From contig JBKDBG010000054.1 of NCBI GenBank assembly GCA_046314755.1, positions 115 through 64,114 on the forward strand: a stretch of 64,000 bases of DNA, in the 5' to 3' direction. The DNA is from Bacteroidota bacterium. GTDB lineage: Bacteria > Bacteroidota > Bacteroidia > UKL13-3. A model generated the notes under the pieces. That model searched no databases, was not told where the DNA came from, and worked only from the letters and a program-made list of their open reading frames with translations. Made by a program: the position numbers and the translations under genes. This document shows positions 49,124 through 59,575 of the stretch, one piece after another. Position 1 is the first letter of the stretch. Every line of letters begins with the position of its first letter.

Positions 49124-50365
49124 GTGATCGATTTTAGTGTTTTTAGCCTTAAAAATGGCCTTACGGTGATTCATCACCAAGATACCAACTCCAAACTTTG
49201 CGTATTGAACCTATTGTATAAGGTAGGTTCGAAAAATGAAGATCCGGAAAAAACGGGTTTTGCTCATTTGTTCGAGCACCTCATGTTTGGTGGATCGGTT
49301 CACGTAAAAGATTTTGATACCGAAATACAGCTTGCCGGTGGAGATAATAATGCTTTTACCAGCAACGACATTACGAATTACTACATTACCGTTCCCGCCA
49401 ATAATATCGAAACGGCATTTTGGTTGGAAAGCGACAGAATGTTGGCACTTGATTTCAATCAAAAGTCACTTGATGTTCAAAAAGCTGTTGTAATTGAAGA
49501 ATTTAAAGAAAGATACATTAACCAGCCTTATGGTGATGTTTGGCTTCATCTTTTACCCTTGGCATATAAGGTTCATCCCTATAAGTGGCCTACCATTGGT
49601 AAGGATTTTTCGCACATAGAAAAGGCTACGCTGGAGGATGTAAAAAACTTCTTTTATGGTTATTATGCGCCAAACAATGCCATATTAGTAATCAGTGGAA
49701 ATATTGATTTGGCAGAAACAAAGCGCCTTTCCGAAAAATGGTTCGGCCCTATTGCTCCTCGCAATTTACTTCACAAACCATACTCAAAAGAGCCGAAACA
49801 AGCCGAAAAAAGAAGTGCACACATTTACAATGATGTACCATTAGACATGATTGTCATGGCATTTCACATTTGCGATAGAATGCATGATGACTTTTATGCG
49901 GTTGATTTATTAACCGATGTGTTGGGCTCCGGCAAATCTTCACGTTTGTATAGCAGGCTGTTAAAAGAAAAGAAATTGTTCAGCGAAATAGATTGTTACC
50001 ACAGTGGAGATGCAGAAGAAGGGTTGTTGATTGTTGAGGGGAAACTGATTCAAGGTGTAGCTTTAGATACGGCAGAGGCGGAAATTACAGCTGTGCTTGA
50101 AGAGCTGAAACAGCAAACCATTTCAACCGAAGAACTGGAAAAGGTAAAAAATAAAACAGAAACCAACATTCGATTTAATGATATAGGTGTGTTAAACAAG
50201 GCCATGAAGATTGCCTACGCAGCTTATTTTGGAGATGTTAATTTAGTAAACGAAGAGGCCGATAAATACTTGGCTGTTGAAACGCAAGATATAATGAGAG
50301 TGGCGCAAAGCTACTTGAACACGAACAATTGTAACATTTTATTCTACCACGCTAAAAATGAATGA
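49124..50365 (+). CDS. M16-family zinc peptidase (pitrilysin-like, active subunit)
   Basis: HxxEH zinc motif in GFAHLFEHLMFGGS. GTG start. Confidence 0.85.
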   Translation: MIDFSVFSLKNGLTVIHHQDTNSKLCVLNLLYKVGSKNEDPEKTGFAHLFEHLMFGGSVHVKDFDTEIQLAGGDNNAFTSNDITNYYITVPANNIETAFWLESDRMLALDFNQKSLDVQKAVVIEEFKERYINQPYGDVWLHLLPLAYKVHPYKWPTIGKDFSHIEKATLEDVKNFFYGYYAPNNAILVISGNIDLAETKRLSEKWFGPIAPRNLLHKPYSKEPKQAEKRSAHIYNDVPLDMIVMAFHICDRMHDDFYAVDLLTDVLGSGKSSRLYSRLLKEKKLFSEIDCYHSGDAEEGLLIVEGKLIQGVALDTAEAEITAVLEELKQQTISTEELEKVKNKTETNIRFNDIGVLNKAMKIAYAAYFGDVNLVNEEADKYLAVETQDIMRVAQSYLNTNNCNILFYHAKNE

Positions 50366-51629
50366 TTTAAACAGAAATATCGCACCGGAAACGGCTGAAA
50401 TAAAAAAACTAAACTTTCCTGTTTGCCATCACCAAACCTCATCAAACGGTATAGATATTTACTTCATTAGCGCACCTGTTGAGGAGGCATTAAAAGTAGA
50501 ATTTGTTTTTGATGGGGGTATATGCAAACAACCCATTAAAGGTCTGGCCAATGCAGCCAATAGTTTATTAACGGAAGGAACAAGCGCCAGAACAGCTGCT
50601 CAAATTGCCGATACTTTGGACTTTTATGGCTCATATTTTCAACCCAAATGTACGATTGATGATAGCCAACTTACCTTGTATTGCCTGAAAAAACACCTTG
50701 AAAAATGCCTAAGCGTAGTTTCTGAGGTGCTTCTTGATGCGTATTATCCTGAAAATGAGTTAAAAATATACCTTAAAAACCAAAAGCAACGACTTAAAGT
50801 ACAGCAACAAAAAACCTCATATTTATGCAGAAAAGCATTTTATAAAACCATATTTGGGGAAGATAGTCCGATATCATCTTTCTCAGAATCAGGTGATTAC
50901 GATAATATTTCACGTGAAACAGTATTGGGGTTTTACCAAAAAACGTACCCTAAAAAAATAAAATACATAACCATTTCCGGGGCTGTTAATGAGCAAGTAC
51001 TATTAAACATTAATACCTTTTTAGGTGATTTTGGAAAACAAAATAATCAAGTTCATTATAAATCATCGGGCGATGTAGGGCCATCTACTTATATCAAAAA
51101 AGAGAAAAGTGTACAAGCGACCATCCGTTTAGGAAGGAGATTGTTTAACAGAACCAACGAAGATTACAGAAAAACACAAGTGGCAAATATGGTTTTGGGG
51201 GGTTACTTCGGCTCAAGATTAATGAAAAACATTAGAGAGGAAAAAGGTCTGACTTACGGCATTCACTCTACATTGGAATCCTATTTGGATGATGGTTGTT
51301 TTTACATAGAAGCAGATGTAAATACACAAAAACACGAGCTTGCCGTGGCTGAAATTTTTAAAGAAATTGACCGATTAAACAATGATTTGGTTGGAGAAAA
51401 AGAATTAGATACAGCTAAGAATTACTTTTTAGGATCGTTATTAAGAGGTATGGATGGCCCTTTTTCACTAATGGACAGGAATAGAATTATGATTGATTAC
51501 GGTTTTAAACCGGATTATTATGATGAATTTGTAAACATCATTAAGGAAATTAAACCGGCCGATATTCAATCTGTTTTTCAAAAATACTTTAATCAAAACA
51601 GCCTCGTTACTGTTATATGCGGTGGTTAA
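50358..51629 (+). CDS. M16-family peptidase-like protein (no HxxEH motif, probable non-catalytic partner)
   Basis: M16 C-terminal-domain-like architecture with no zinc motif. It overlaps the upstream M16 gene by 8 nt. Confidence 0.75.
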   Translation: MNDLNRNIAPETAEIKKLNFPVCHHQTSSNGIDIYFISAPVEEALKVEFVFDGGICKQPIKGLANAANSLLTEGTSARTAAQIADTLDFYGSYFQPKCTIDDSQLTLYCLKKHLEKCLSVVSEVLLDAYYPENELKIYLKNQKQRLKVQQQKTSYLCRKAFYKTIFGEDSPISSFSESGDYDNISRETVLGFYQKTYPKKIKYITISGAVNEQVLLNINTFLGDFGKQNNQVHYKSSGDVGPSTYIKKEKSVQATIRLGRRLFNRTNEDYRKTQVANMVLGGYFGSRLMKNIREEKGLTYGIHSTLESYLDDGCFYIEADVNTQKHELAVAEIFKEIDRLNNDLVGEKELDTAKNYFLGSLLRGMDGPFSLMDRNRIMIDYGFKPDYYDEFVNIIKEIKPADIQSVFQKYFNQNSLVTVICGG

Positions 51630-53353
51630 TAGTAATTGTCTTTACACTAGCTTGTCTTTTTGTGAGGGCCCAGAGGCCTGAATTAAGAAGAATATGTCCG
51701 AGCGGTTTAGATAATAACTTGTATTGGAGTAATCCAAACTACGGTTGTAGTAACTTCCTTTTTTATATCATTTGGGAAAGAAAAGGAAGTGTAGGGTCAT
51801 TTACTCCGGTTGATACAATTTATGCCATTAACACCGAAACATATACCCATGCGAATGCTAACCCGCCTCTTTCTGAGCCCAATTCCAATTATGTGATTGA
51901 AAGAAGAGATTCTTGCGGAAGCGTGATTGGCACATTTAGCGATACCGTAAAAGTAGATATTGAACCTCCAAACATTAGTGAATTAGATTCAATAAGTGTT
52001 GATTTAAATACCAATAAAGTAATTTTAGGTTGGAGAACCAACACTTCCCCAGATTTCGATAAATATCTTTTGTATATATTAGAAAACGGGTTTTTCGTGG
52101 CTATGAACCCATCAGAAACAAGAGATACTTTTGCCACAGATAATGGAGCAAGAAACCCACAAAACGGTAGTTTTACATACACTATAAATACACGTGATAG
52201 TTGTGGACGATTGCCGGCATTTGAAAAAAGACACACCACAATATTCCTACAATACACTATTGATACTTGTAAAAGAGAATACCGTTTACAGTGGAGTCAT
52301 TATGTGGGTTGGTTGGCCATTAGAAAATACTATATCTACAAAAGAATTAATTCCGGGATTTACAGTTTAATTGACTCCGTAATTGGCACTCAGAACAACT
52401 ATACGGGAACTTTTAATTCTGGTGAAAATATTTCACTTTTTGTACGTGCACAAAAAGACACCTCAATTCTTGTCACCAGTTCATCGAACTCTGTTAACTT
52501 TTTCACACGAAATCGAGTTGATCCAAAATCTGCATATTTTGAATATATCACAACCGGAACCCCTACAAATAACTTTTTATTTGGGAAGGTGAATATTCAA
52601 TCAAATGAAGAAGCATCTAAATATATCGTTCGCATTAAAAACAACATTTCAGGCGATATTAATGAAGAAGAATACACGACTTTAGAAATAAATAATGTGC
52701 TTGCATTTGGAATACCAAACAACCAGCGTTACTTATTTACTGTTATGAGTTATGATTTATGTGGCAATCTTTATCACACATCCGATAGCTCTACCAACAT
52801 CTTTTTGGAGGGACGTATATCAAACAACACCAAAAAGTCACTGTGGTGGAATCCATATTTCACGTGGAACAAGGGTACGGAAAAATACGTAACTTACAGA
52901 GGTTCAGGAGATAATGGTGTTTTTGGAATGGGTTTTTGGAAAAACAATATCGACACATTTACCACAGATTTGGAAACCATAACACCACAAGGAAACGAGG
53001 GAGAATGTTATTATGTGGAGGCAATAGAAAATGTTTCAGGCATCACCAGCAAATCGAATATTTTTTGTTTTCCTCCGGATTTCACCGTTTTTATCCCAAA
53101 TGCTTTTGTGCCAAAAGGGGAGAATAAAATATTCAAACCAAAAGGAAATTTAATTGATGAGCAAAAATCAACGATGCGAATTATTAACCGATGGGGCATC
53201 ACAGTTTACGAAAACAACCTGGTAGAAGGTTGGGATGGAACAGATAAAAATTCCGTAATTTGCCCTTCTGATGTATATTACTACCAAGTGGAAATCATCA
53301 GTAAAGACAATCAAACCAGAAAATATGCAGGTACCGTTTCACTACTCAGGTAA
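51617..53353 (+). CDS. Secreted protein with a gliding-motility-associated C-terminal domain (T9SS type B sorting domain)
   Basis: Signal peptide (VRAQ). The C-terminus reads FIPNAFVPKGENKIFKPKG...INRWGITVYEN...WDGT...VYYYQVEI. It overlaps the upstream gene by 13 nt. Confidence 0.75.
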   Translation: MRWLIVIVFTLACLFVRAQRPELRRICPSGLDNNLYWSNPNYGCSNFLFYIIWERKGSVGSFTPVDTIYAINTETYTHANANPPLSEPNSNYVIERRDSCGSVIGTFSDTVKVDIEPPNISELDSISVDLNTNKVILGWRTNTSPDFDKYLLYILENGFFVAMNPSETRDTFATDNGARNPQNGSFTYTINTRDSCGRLPAFEKRHTTIFLQYTIDTCKREYRLQWSHYVGWLAIRKYYIYKRINSGIYSLIDSVIGTQNNYTGTFNSGENISLFVRAQKDTSILVTSSSNSVNFFTRNRVDPKSAYFEYITTGTPTNNFLFGKVNIQSNEEASKYIVRIKNNISGDINEEEYTTLEINNVLAFGIPNNQRYLFTVMSYDLCGNLYHTSDSSTNIFLEGRISNNTKKSLWWNPYFTWNKGTEKYVTYRGSGDNGVFGMGFWKNNIDTFTTDLETITPQGNEGECYYVEAIENVSGITSKSNIFCFPPDFTVFIPNAFVPKGENKIFKPKGNLIDEQKSTMRIINRWGITVYENNLVEGWDGTDKNSVICPSDVYYYQVEIISKDNQTRKYAGTVSLLR

Positions 53354-53765
53354 AATATTTTTTAATCATGTTGATGTAAATCCTTCTATCAAACAAAAAA
53401 AACAACTTAAAATTTGGATTGAGAATTGCATCCAAAAGGAGGGTTATAGACTTGGAGAATTATCTTACAATTTCTGTTCAGACGAACAGCTCCTGGAAAT
53501 AAACATCAACCATCTGAACCATAATTTTTACACAGATATTATCACCTTTGAATTAAATGAAGATAACATTGTTGTAGGTGATGTCTACATAAGCATTGAT
53601 CGCGTTAAAGACAATGCAAAAAAAAATCAAACCACTTTTACAAACGAACTTCAACGAGTAATTATTCATGGTGTATTACACCTTTGCGGATACAAGGATA
53701 AAAGCAATAAAGAGGCTGCAACCATGCGGCAGAAAGAAGACTATTATTTATCTTTGCTGAAATAA
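53325..53765 (+). CDS. ybeY: rRNA maturation RNase YbeY
   Basis: Zinc motif HGVLHLCGYKD near the C-terminus. Start is uncertain: the ATG at 53325 overlaps the upstream gene by 29 nt, and the ORF opens at 53271. Confidence 0.85.
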   Translation: MQVPFHYSGKIFFNHVDVNPSIKQKKQLKIWIENCIQKEGYRLGELSYNFCSDEQLLEININHLNHNFYTDIITFELNEDNIVVGDVYISIDRVKDNAKKNQTTFTNELQRVIIHGVLHLCGYKDKSNKEAATMRQKEDYYLSLLK

Positions 53766-53818
53766 TTTTCCATATTTCACGTGGAACGTTGATTATTATA
53801 TAATTTATTGATTATCAA

Positions 53819-55684
53819 ATGTTTATAGAATACGATATCATTGTTGTAGGAGCAGGGCATGCGGGTTGTGAAGCCGCAGCGGCAGCAGCCAATTTGGGAT
53901 CCAAGGTATTACTTATTACCATGGATATGAATAAGATTGCTCAAATGAGCTGTAATCCAGCCATGGGGGGCGTAGCTAAAGGACAAATAGTAAGAGAAAT
54001 AGATGCCATTGGAGGTTATTCGGGTATTGTGAGCGATTTAAGTACCATTCAGTTTAGAATGCTAAACAGAAGTAAGGGTCCTGCCATGTGGAGCCCAAGA
54101 GCACAAAACGACAGAATGTTATTTAGTACGTATTGGAGAGAAATGTTGGAACAAACACCCAATGTAGATTTTTGGCAAGACATGGTGAAGGAAATTCTGG
54201 TAGAGAATAATAAGGTTTGTGGAGTAATAACCGGAATGGGCCAGAAAATAAGATCAAAAGCGGTGGTCTTAACCAATGGAACATTTTTAAACGGTATCAT
54301 TCATATTGGAACCAAACAATTTGGTGGAGGAAGAATAGGCGAAAAAGCCGCAGGTGGTTTAACCGAACAATTAGTGGCCTTAGGTTTTGAAAGTGGAAGA
54401 ATGAAAACAGGAACACCACCTCGTGTTGATGGAAGATCTTTAGATTATTCTAAAATGGAAAAGCAAGATGGTGACGAAAATCCATCGAAATTTTCATATA
54501 GTAAAAAAACAAAACCCGTTACCAACCAAAGAGCCTGCTGGATAACCTATACCAACGAAAAAGTGCATGATATCTTGAGAACAGGTTTTGATGAATCGCC
54601 AATGTATGCCGGACGAATTCAAGGTTTAGGCCCTCGATATTGCCCAAGCATTGAAGATAAAATCAACCGATTTGCAGAACGTGAAAGACATCAAATTTTT
54701 GTAGAACCCGAAGGTTGGAACACCATAGAAATTTATGTGAACGGATTTTCTACTTCACTTCCTGATCATGTTCAGTTTGAAGCCATTCGATTAATTCCAG
54801 GTTTTGAACAAGCAAAAATTTTCCGTCCGGGTTATGCCATTGAATATGACTACTTCCCTCCTACGCAACTTAAACTAACATTAGAAACACATGGTATTGA
54901 AAACTTATATTTTGCCGGTCAAATTAATGGAACTACAGGCTACGAAGAAGCGGCATGCCAAGGGCTAATGGCGGGTATCAATGCACATTTAAAAATCAAC
55001 GAAAAAGATCCATACATTCTAAAAAGAAGTGATGCTTACATTGGTGTTTTGATTGATGATTTGGTGAATAAGGGTACCGATGAACCCTATCGGATGTTTA
55101 CTTCAAGAGCTGAATACAGAATTATGCTAAGGCAAGATAATGCAGATATTCGCTTAACGGAACAATCGAATCAAATGGGGTTGGCTTCTAATGAACGCTT
55201 ACGGGATGTAGAGGTAAAAATAAAAGAAACAGAAAACATAGTTCAGTACTTTAAAAAGACTTCGGTTACTCCAACAGATATTAACCCAATGTTGGAGCAT
55301 TTGGGAACTTCAACCATTCCGCAAAACTATAAACTCGATCAAATACTTGGCCGACCACAAGTGGAATTAGAAACAATAAGAGAATGGGTTGATTCGGTAA
55401 ATAGTTTCTTAGGTGGTTTTGAAGAAGAATCTGTTTTGCAAGCTGAAGTACTAATTAAATATGATGGCTACTTGCAGAAAGAGAAACAAATGGTTGAAAA
55501 AATGAATCGATTAGAAGATGTGAGGATTTATGATAATTTCGACTTTTCTTCTATTCAATCCATTTCAAAAGAAGCCAAGGAAAAACTTACCAAACAAAGG
55601 CCAAAAACACTTGGACAAGCATCGAGAATTAGCGGAATTTCCCCTGCCGATATTAGTGTGCTGATGGTACATTTAGGTAGATAA
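53819..55684 (+). CDS. mnmG: tRNA uridine 5-carboxymethylaminomethyl modification enzyme MnmG (GidA)
   Basis: FAD-binding N-terminus ([16 protein letters not shown]), [20 protein letters not shown] and [12 protein letters not shown] motifs. Confidence 0.95.
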   Translation: MFIEYDIIVVGAGHAGCEAAAAAANLGSKVLLITMDMNKIAQMSCNPAMGGVAKGQIVREIDAIGGYSGIVSDLSTIQFRMLNRSKGPAMWSPRAQNDRMLFSTYWREMLEQTPNVDFWQDMVKEILVENNKVCGVITGMGQKIRSKAVVLTNGTFLNGIIHIGTKQFGGGRIGEKAAGGLTEQLVALGFESGRMKTGTPPRVDGRSLDYSKMEKQDGDENPSKFSYSKKTKPVTNQRACWITYTNEKVHDILRTGFDESPMYAGRIQGLGPRYCPSIEDKINRFAERERHQIFVEPEGWNTIEIYVNGFSTSLPDHVQFEAIRLIPGFEQAKIFRPGYAIEYDYFPPTQLKLTLETHGIENLYFAGQINGTTGYEEAACQGLMAGINAHLKINEKDPYILKRSDAYIGVLIDDLVNKGTDEPYRMFTSRAEYRIMLRQDNADIRLTEQSNQMGLASNERLRDVEVKIKETENIVQYFKKTSVTPTDINPMLEHLGTSTIPQNYKLDQILGRPQVELETIREWVDSVNSFLGGFEEESVLQAEVLIKYDGYLQKEKQMVEKMNRLEDVRIYDNFDFSSIQSISKEAKEKLTKQRPKTLGQASRISGISPADISVLMVHLGR

Positions 55685-55726
55685 ATAATTCAACAACACT
55701 ACCCTTTTTTTAGTTTATTTGCTCTA

Positions 55727-56617
55727 ATGGAAAAATTGAATTCCTGCTTGGTTTGCGGAAGTGTAACAATCCGAAAAGAACTTACCTGTAAAGATTTTGT
55801 GGCTACCGGTGAATCGTTTGATTTATACCGTTGCGATTCCTGCTCGTTTTTATTTACGAATCCGCGCCCGGATGTAAACGAAATTGGTGTGTATTATCAA
55901 AGCAACCGATACGTATCACATGCAGGAGATAAGTCTCAATTTTCATTCATGTACAAGGTGTATGATATTGTTAGAGATTACAGCATCAAACAAAAACTCA
56001 TTCATATAAAATCCTATAAACCTGAGGGTAAGCTAATGGATTTAGGCTGTGGGCTTGGTTATTTTTTAGATGGTGTAGTTAAAGATAACACATTTGATGC
56101 TGTTGGTGTTGATGTGAGTGATGATGCTGTGGAATATGTGAAAAAGAAATTTGGGTATCAGGTCAAAAATGAATCAGAATTAGATTCGTTTGAACGAGAA
56201 AGTTTTGATGTAATTACCCAATGGCATGTATTGGAGCATGTACATACACTAAATGAACGCATGCAACAATTAAAACAATTGCTTAAAAAAGATGGATACC
56301 TTTTTATTGCAGTTCCAAACAGTAACAGTTGGGATGCCAAACATTACCATGAATTTTGGGATGGTTATGATGTGCCTCGACACCTTTATCATTTTAACCA
56401 AAAAAGCTTTAATCTGTTAATGCAAAAACACGGCTTTAAAGTGGTTGAAACCAAAAGTATGCCTTTTGATGCGCCATACATCAGCATGAGAAGCGAAGTA
56501 CATAAAGGAAATAAATTAGAGTTTGTTCGAGGTGCCATTTCAGGACTAAGATCAACTTTAAGTGCATCAAAAAATAATGATCACAGCAGCTTATTATTTG
56601 TGGTAAAGCATGATTAA
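55727..56617 (+). CDS. Class I SAM-dependent methyltransferase with an N-terminal Cys4 zinc-ribbon
   Basis: CLVCGS...CDSC ribbon. Motif I LMDLGCGLGYF and the DVITQWHVLEH block are present. Confidence 0.75.
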   Translation: MEKLNSCLVCGSVTIRKELTCKDFVATGESFDLYRCDSCSFLFTNPRPDVNEIGVYYQSNRYVSHAGDKSQFSFMYKVYDIVRDYSIKQKLIHIKSYKPEGKLMDLGCGLGYFLDGVVKDNTFDAVGVDVSDDAVEYVKKKFGYQVKNESELDSFERESFDVITQWHVLEHVHTLNERMQQLKQLLKKDGYLFIAVPNSNSWDAKHYHEFWDGYDVPRHLYHFNQKSFNLLMQKHGFKVVETKSMPFDAPYISMRSEVHKGNKLEFVRGAISGLRSTLSASKNNDHSSLLFVVKHD

Positions 56618-58172
56618 AAAACAACATCAGATTTTGTTTGCAAGTATTTATTTGCTTGCAGTATCATGTGCGCAAATTGTGAGCCCTGCCGGTGGAATAA
56701 GAGATAATACGCCACCCAAAGTAGTGAAAGCGCAACCTCAAAATCAATCACTTTATTTTAACAGTGAAAAAATAACAATTGAATTTGATGAGTTTATTCA
56801 ATTGAATAATACCGATGATCAAATCATTATTTCTCCACCAACTGAGCAAAAACCCGAGTATATCTTAAAAGGTAAATTGTTGGATATACGATTTAAAGAA
56901 CAACTTCAACCCAACACCACTTACACCATTAATTTTGGGAATGCCATAGGTGATAATAAAGAAAATAATTTATTACAAAACTACAGTTACGTTTTTTCAA
57001 CCGGTTCATTAATTGATTCATTAGGAATTAATGGAACGGTATATCAAGCATTTAATAAAAAAGCAGAAAAAGAAATTGTGGTAGGTTTGTATAAAACAGA
57101 AGGTTTTACCGACTCTACTCTAATAAAAGAGAAACCCCTGTATCTTACGAAAACAAATGAGTTGGGTAATTTCACTATAAAAAACTTACCTGCGCAATCC
57201 TTTTTACTTGTTGCATTTAAAGATGAAAATAAAAACCTGAAGAAGGAAAAAACAGAACAAATAGCCTTTGCCACAAATCCTATTATTCCTGTTGATTCAG
57301 CTAATGCAATTAATTTATTTCTATTCAACCCAAAATTGTACCCTAGCAATTATTTGATTGATACCTTCAGTAACGAATTAAAAAAGTTTGTGTTTAGTGT
57401 TTACCAACCGGAAGGTTTTACCATTAAGCGAAACGACAATAAAACGGTTTATAATAAATGGGGAATTGGTGATACTTTAATTGTGTTTACAGAGGCTATA
57501 AAAGACGAAAAAATAACGTTTATACTTCCGAACCAACAAGAAGCAACAATCACCCATAAAGCACTTTATAAAGCACCAAAGTTTGTATTGAATTATACTA
57601 AACAACCCGAATTAAATGACAGTATAAAAATTCAATTTAACCATCCGGTAATCCAATATGATACTTCAAAAGTTCAATTAATGAAAGATAGTATTGTTAT
57701 ACCTTCTTATAAAAAACAAGTTTCACCGTTTGAATTTGTATTGTATTACCCTTGGGTTGAAAAATCAAACTATCAATTAGTTATTAAAGACAGTGCTTTT
57801 AAAGATGTATATGATCAATTCAATAAAAAGGAAAAACAGGCCTTTTTAACTAAGGCTCAAAAAGATTATGCAACACTATTATTGCATGTTCAAATAAAAC
57901 AAAATCAATTTCCTTATCTGTTACAATTAGTTAAAGAGAAAGACGAAGAGGTTATGTATCAATTTACGGTAGAAGGTTCAAGAGATATTCAAATTGATTA
58001 TGTGTTGCCGGGTAATTATAAAATAAAGTTTATAAAGGATTTAAATAAAAACGGGAAATGGGATAATGGTGAATTCACCTTAAAACAACAACCCGAACCT
58101 GTGAGCTATTTTCCGGAAGTAATAAATATAAAAGCTTATTGGGACTTAGAGCAGAGCGTGTTTGTAGAGTAA
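56610..58172 (+). CDS. Lipoprotein with an N-terminal Ig-like (SbsA-type) domain
   Basis: Lipobox (LAVSC) followed by PAGGIRDNTPPKVV...ITIEFDEFI, typical of the Bacteroidota Ig-like-domain lipoprotein family. It overlaps the upstream gene by 8 nt. Confidence 0.55.
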   Translation: MIKKQHQILFASIYLLAVSCAQIVSPAGGIRDNTPPKVVKAQPQNQSLYFNSEKITIEFDEFIQLNNTDDQIIISPPTEQKPEYILKGKLLDIRFKEQLQPNTTYTINFGNAIGDNKENNLLQNYSYVFSTGSLIDSLGINGTVYQAFNKKAEKEIVVGLYKTEGFTDSTLIKEKPLYLTKTNELGNFTIKNLPAQSFLLVAFKDENKNLKKEKTEQIAFATNPIIPVDSANAINLFLFNPKLYPSNYLIDTFSNELKKFVFSVYQPEGFTIKRNDNKTVYNKWGIGDTLIVFTEAIKDEKITFILPNQQEATITHKALYKAPKFVLNYTKQPELNDSIKIQFNHPVIQYDTSKVQLMKDSIVIPSYKKQVSPFEFVLYYPWVEKSNYQLVIKDSAFKDVYDQFNKKEKQAFLTKAQKDYATLLLHVQIKQNQFPYLLQLVKEKDEEVMYQFTVEGSRDIQIDYVLPGNYKIKFIKDLNKNGKWDNGEFTLKQQPEPVSYFPEVINIKAYWDLEQSVFVE

Positions 58173-58561
58173 TTAACATAGAATGTGGAATGCGACATCT
58201 TATCTCACTTAAAACGGTTGAAAACTATTTATAAAACAAAATCAACACATTAAGTGCGACATTATAGACAAGCTATCGACAAGTTATGCGTGGTAAGGGG
58301 TAAATAAATTTATCCCGAACAGGATGTGTTTTTAGAAATCCACCGTTTGTATATAAACCTAAATTTATTCAAATAATCAATTAGTTACAATGTGAATTAA
58401 GTGTGAATTTGGTATGAATATGTTTAAATGCAAGTTTTGAAAAAATAGTTATCCGCATAATTCACACCATAACAATAAATACAAATTATATAAAAAGGTT
58501 TATTGTTTTATTAAGTTGTGAATGCGGCATATTGAATGAAATTTATAGTTTTGGAGTTCGT

Positions 58562-59575
58562 ATGATTGAAAAATTAAAGTCCGTTCAGCTCGATATAGAA
58601 AATATTGTTTTAAACAATGCAGAAGAAACCGAAAAGTTCAGGTTAACCTACCTGAGCAGAAAAGGTTTGTTAAATGATTTGTTTGAAGAATTTAAAACCA
58701 TTCCGAATGATGAAAAAAAGGAAGTAGGTAAATTAATGAACCAAGTTAAGCAACTGGCTCAAGATAAATTTGAACAGGCACAACAAGAATTTGAAAATTC
58801 GGGTGTTGAAACCGAATTAAATATTGATTTAACATTACCGGCTGAACCCATCAAATTAGGTTCACGTCATCCATTGGTATTGATTGAAAAAAAGATTGTA
58901 TCTATTTTTAATAAATTAGGTTTTAGTTTATCCTATGGCCCGGAAATAGAGGACGATTGGCATAATTTTTCAGGATTAAATTTTCCGGAAAATCACCCCG
59001 CTCGTGATATGCAGGATACGTTTTTTATTGATAACGAGATAGCATTGCGTACCCACACTTCATCAGTACAAGTAAGGTTGATGGAAAATCAAAAACCGCC
59101 TATGCGAGCCATTATGCCGGGTAGGGTTTATCGTAATGAAGCTATATCCGCTCGTGCACATTGTTTTTTCCATCAAGTAGAAGGAATTTATATTGATAAA
59201 AATGTTTCGTTTGCTGATTTAAAACAAACCTTATATCATTTTGTAAAAGAAATGTTTGGTAACGATTTTAATATTCGTTTTCGCCCAAGTTATTTTCCTT
59301 TTACTGAACCCAGTGCAGAAATGGATATTTCATGTGTGATTTGTAAAGGAAAAGGTTGTAATGTGTGCAAACACAGCGGTTGGGTTGAAATTTTAGGTTG
59401 CGGAATGATCGATCCAAATGTGTTATCAGCCAACGGAATTAATCCTGATGAATACAGCGGTTATGCTTTTGGAATGGGAATTGAACGTATTACCATGTTG
59501 AAGTATGATGTAAAAGATTTACGTATATTTTCTACCAATGATATTCGCTTTTTACAACAGTTTGATAGTGAGTAA
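58562..59575 (+). CDS. pheS: Phenylalanine--tRNA ligase alpha subunit
   Basis: HPARDMQDTF, class II motif 2 (RNEAISARAHCFFHQVEG) and motif 3 (GFAFGMGIERI). I prefer the ATG at 58562 over the TTG at 58532. Confidence 0.95.
   Translation: MIEKLKSVQLDIENIVLNNAEETEKFRLTYLSRKGLLNDLFEEFKTIPNDEKKEVGKLMNQVKQLAQDKFEQAQQEFENSGVETELNIDLTLPAEPIKLGSRHPLVLIEKKIVSIFNKLGFSLSYGPEIEDDWHNFSGLNFPENHPARDMQDTFFIDNEIALRTHTSSVQVRLMENQKPPMRAIMPGRVYRNEAISARAHCFFHQVEGIYIDKNVSFADLKQTLYHFVKEMFGNDFNIRFRPSYFPFTEPSAEMDISCVICKGKGCNVCKHSGWVEILGCGMIDPNVLSANGINPDEYSGYAFGMGIERITMLKYDVKDLRIFSTNDIRFLQQFDSE

Noticed and set aside
53271-53353. The long N-terminal extension of ybeY given by the ORF track (start at 53271).
   Set aside because: The first 18 codons overlap the conserved C-terminal sorting domain of the upstream gene in another frame and do not resemble YbeY N-termini. 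I prefer the later ATG at 53325, although the true start remains uncertain.
26949-55684. A functional link between selU (26949..28007) and mnmG (53819..55684) because both act on tRNA wobble uridine 34.
   Set aside because: They lie about 26 kb apart with many unrelated housekeeping genes between them. Co-location at this distance is not evidence of a shared locus.
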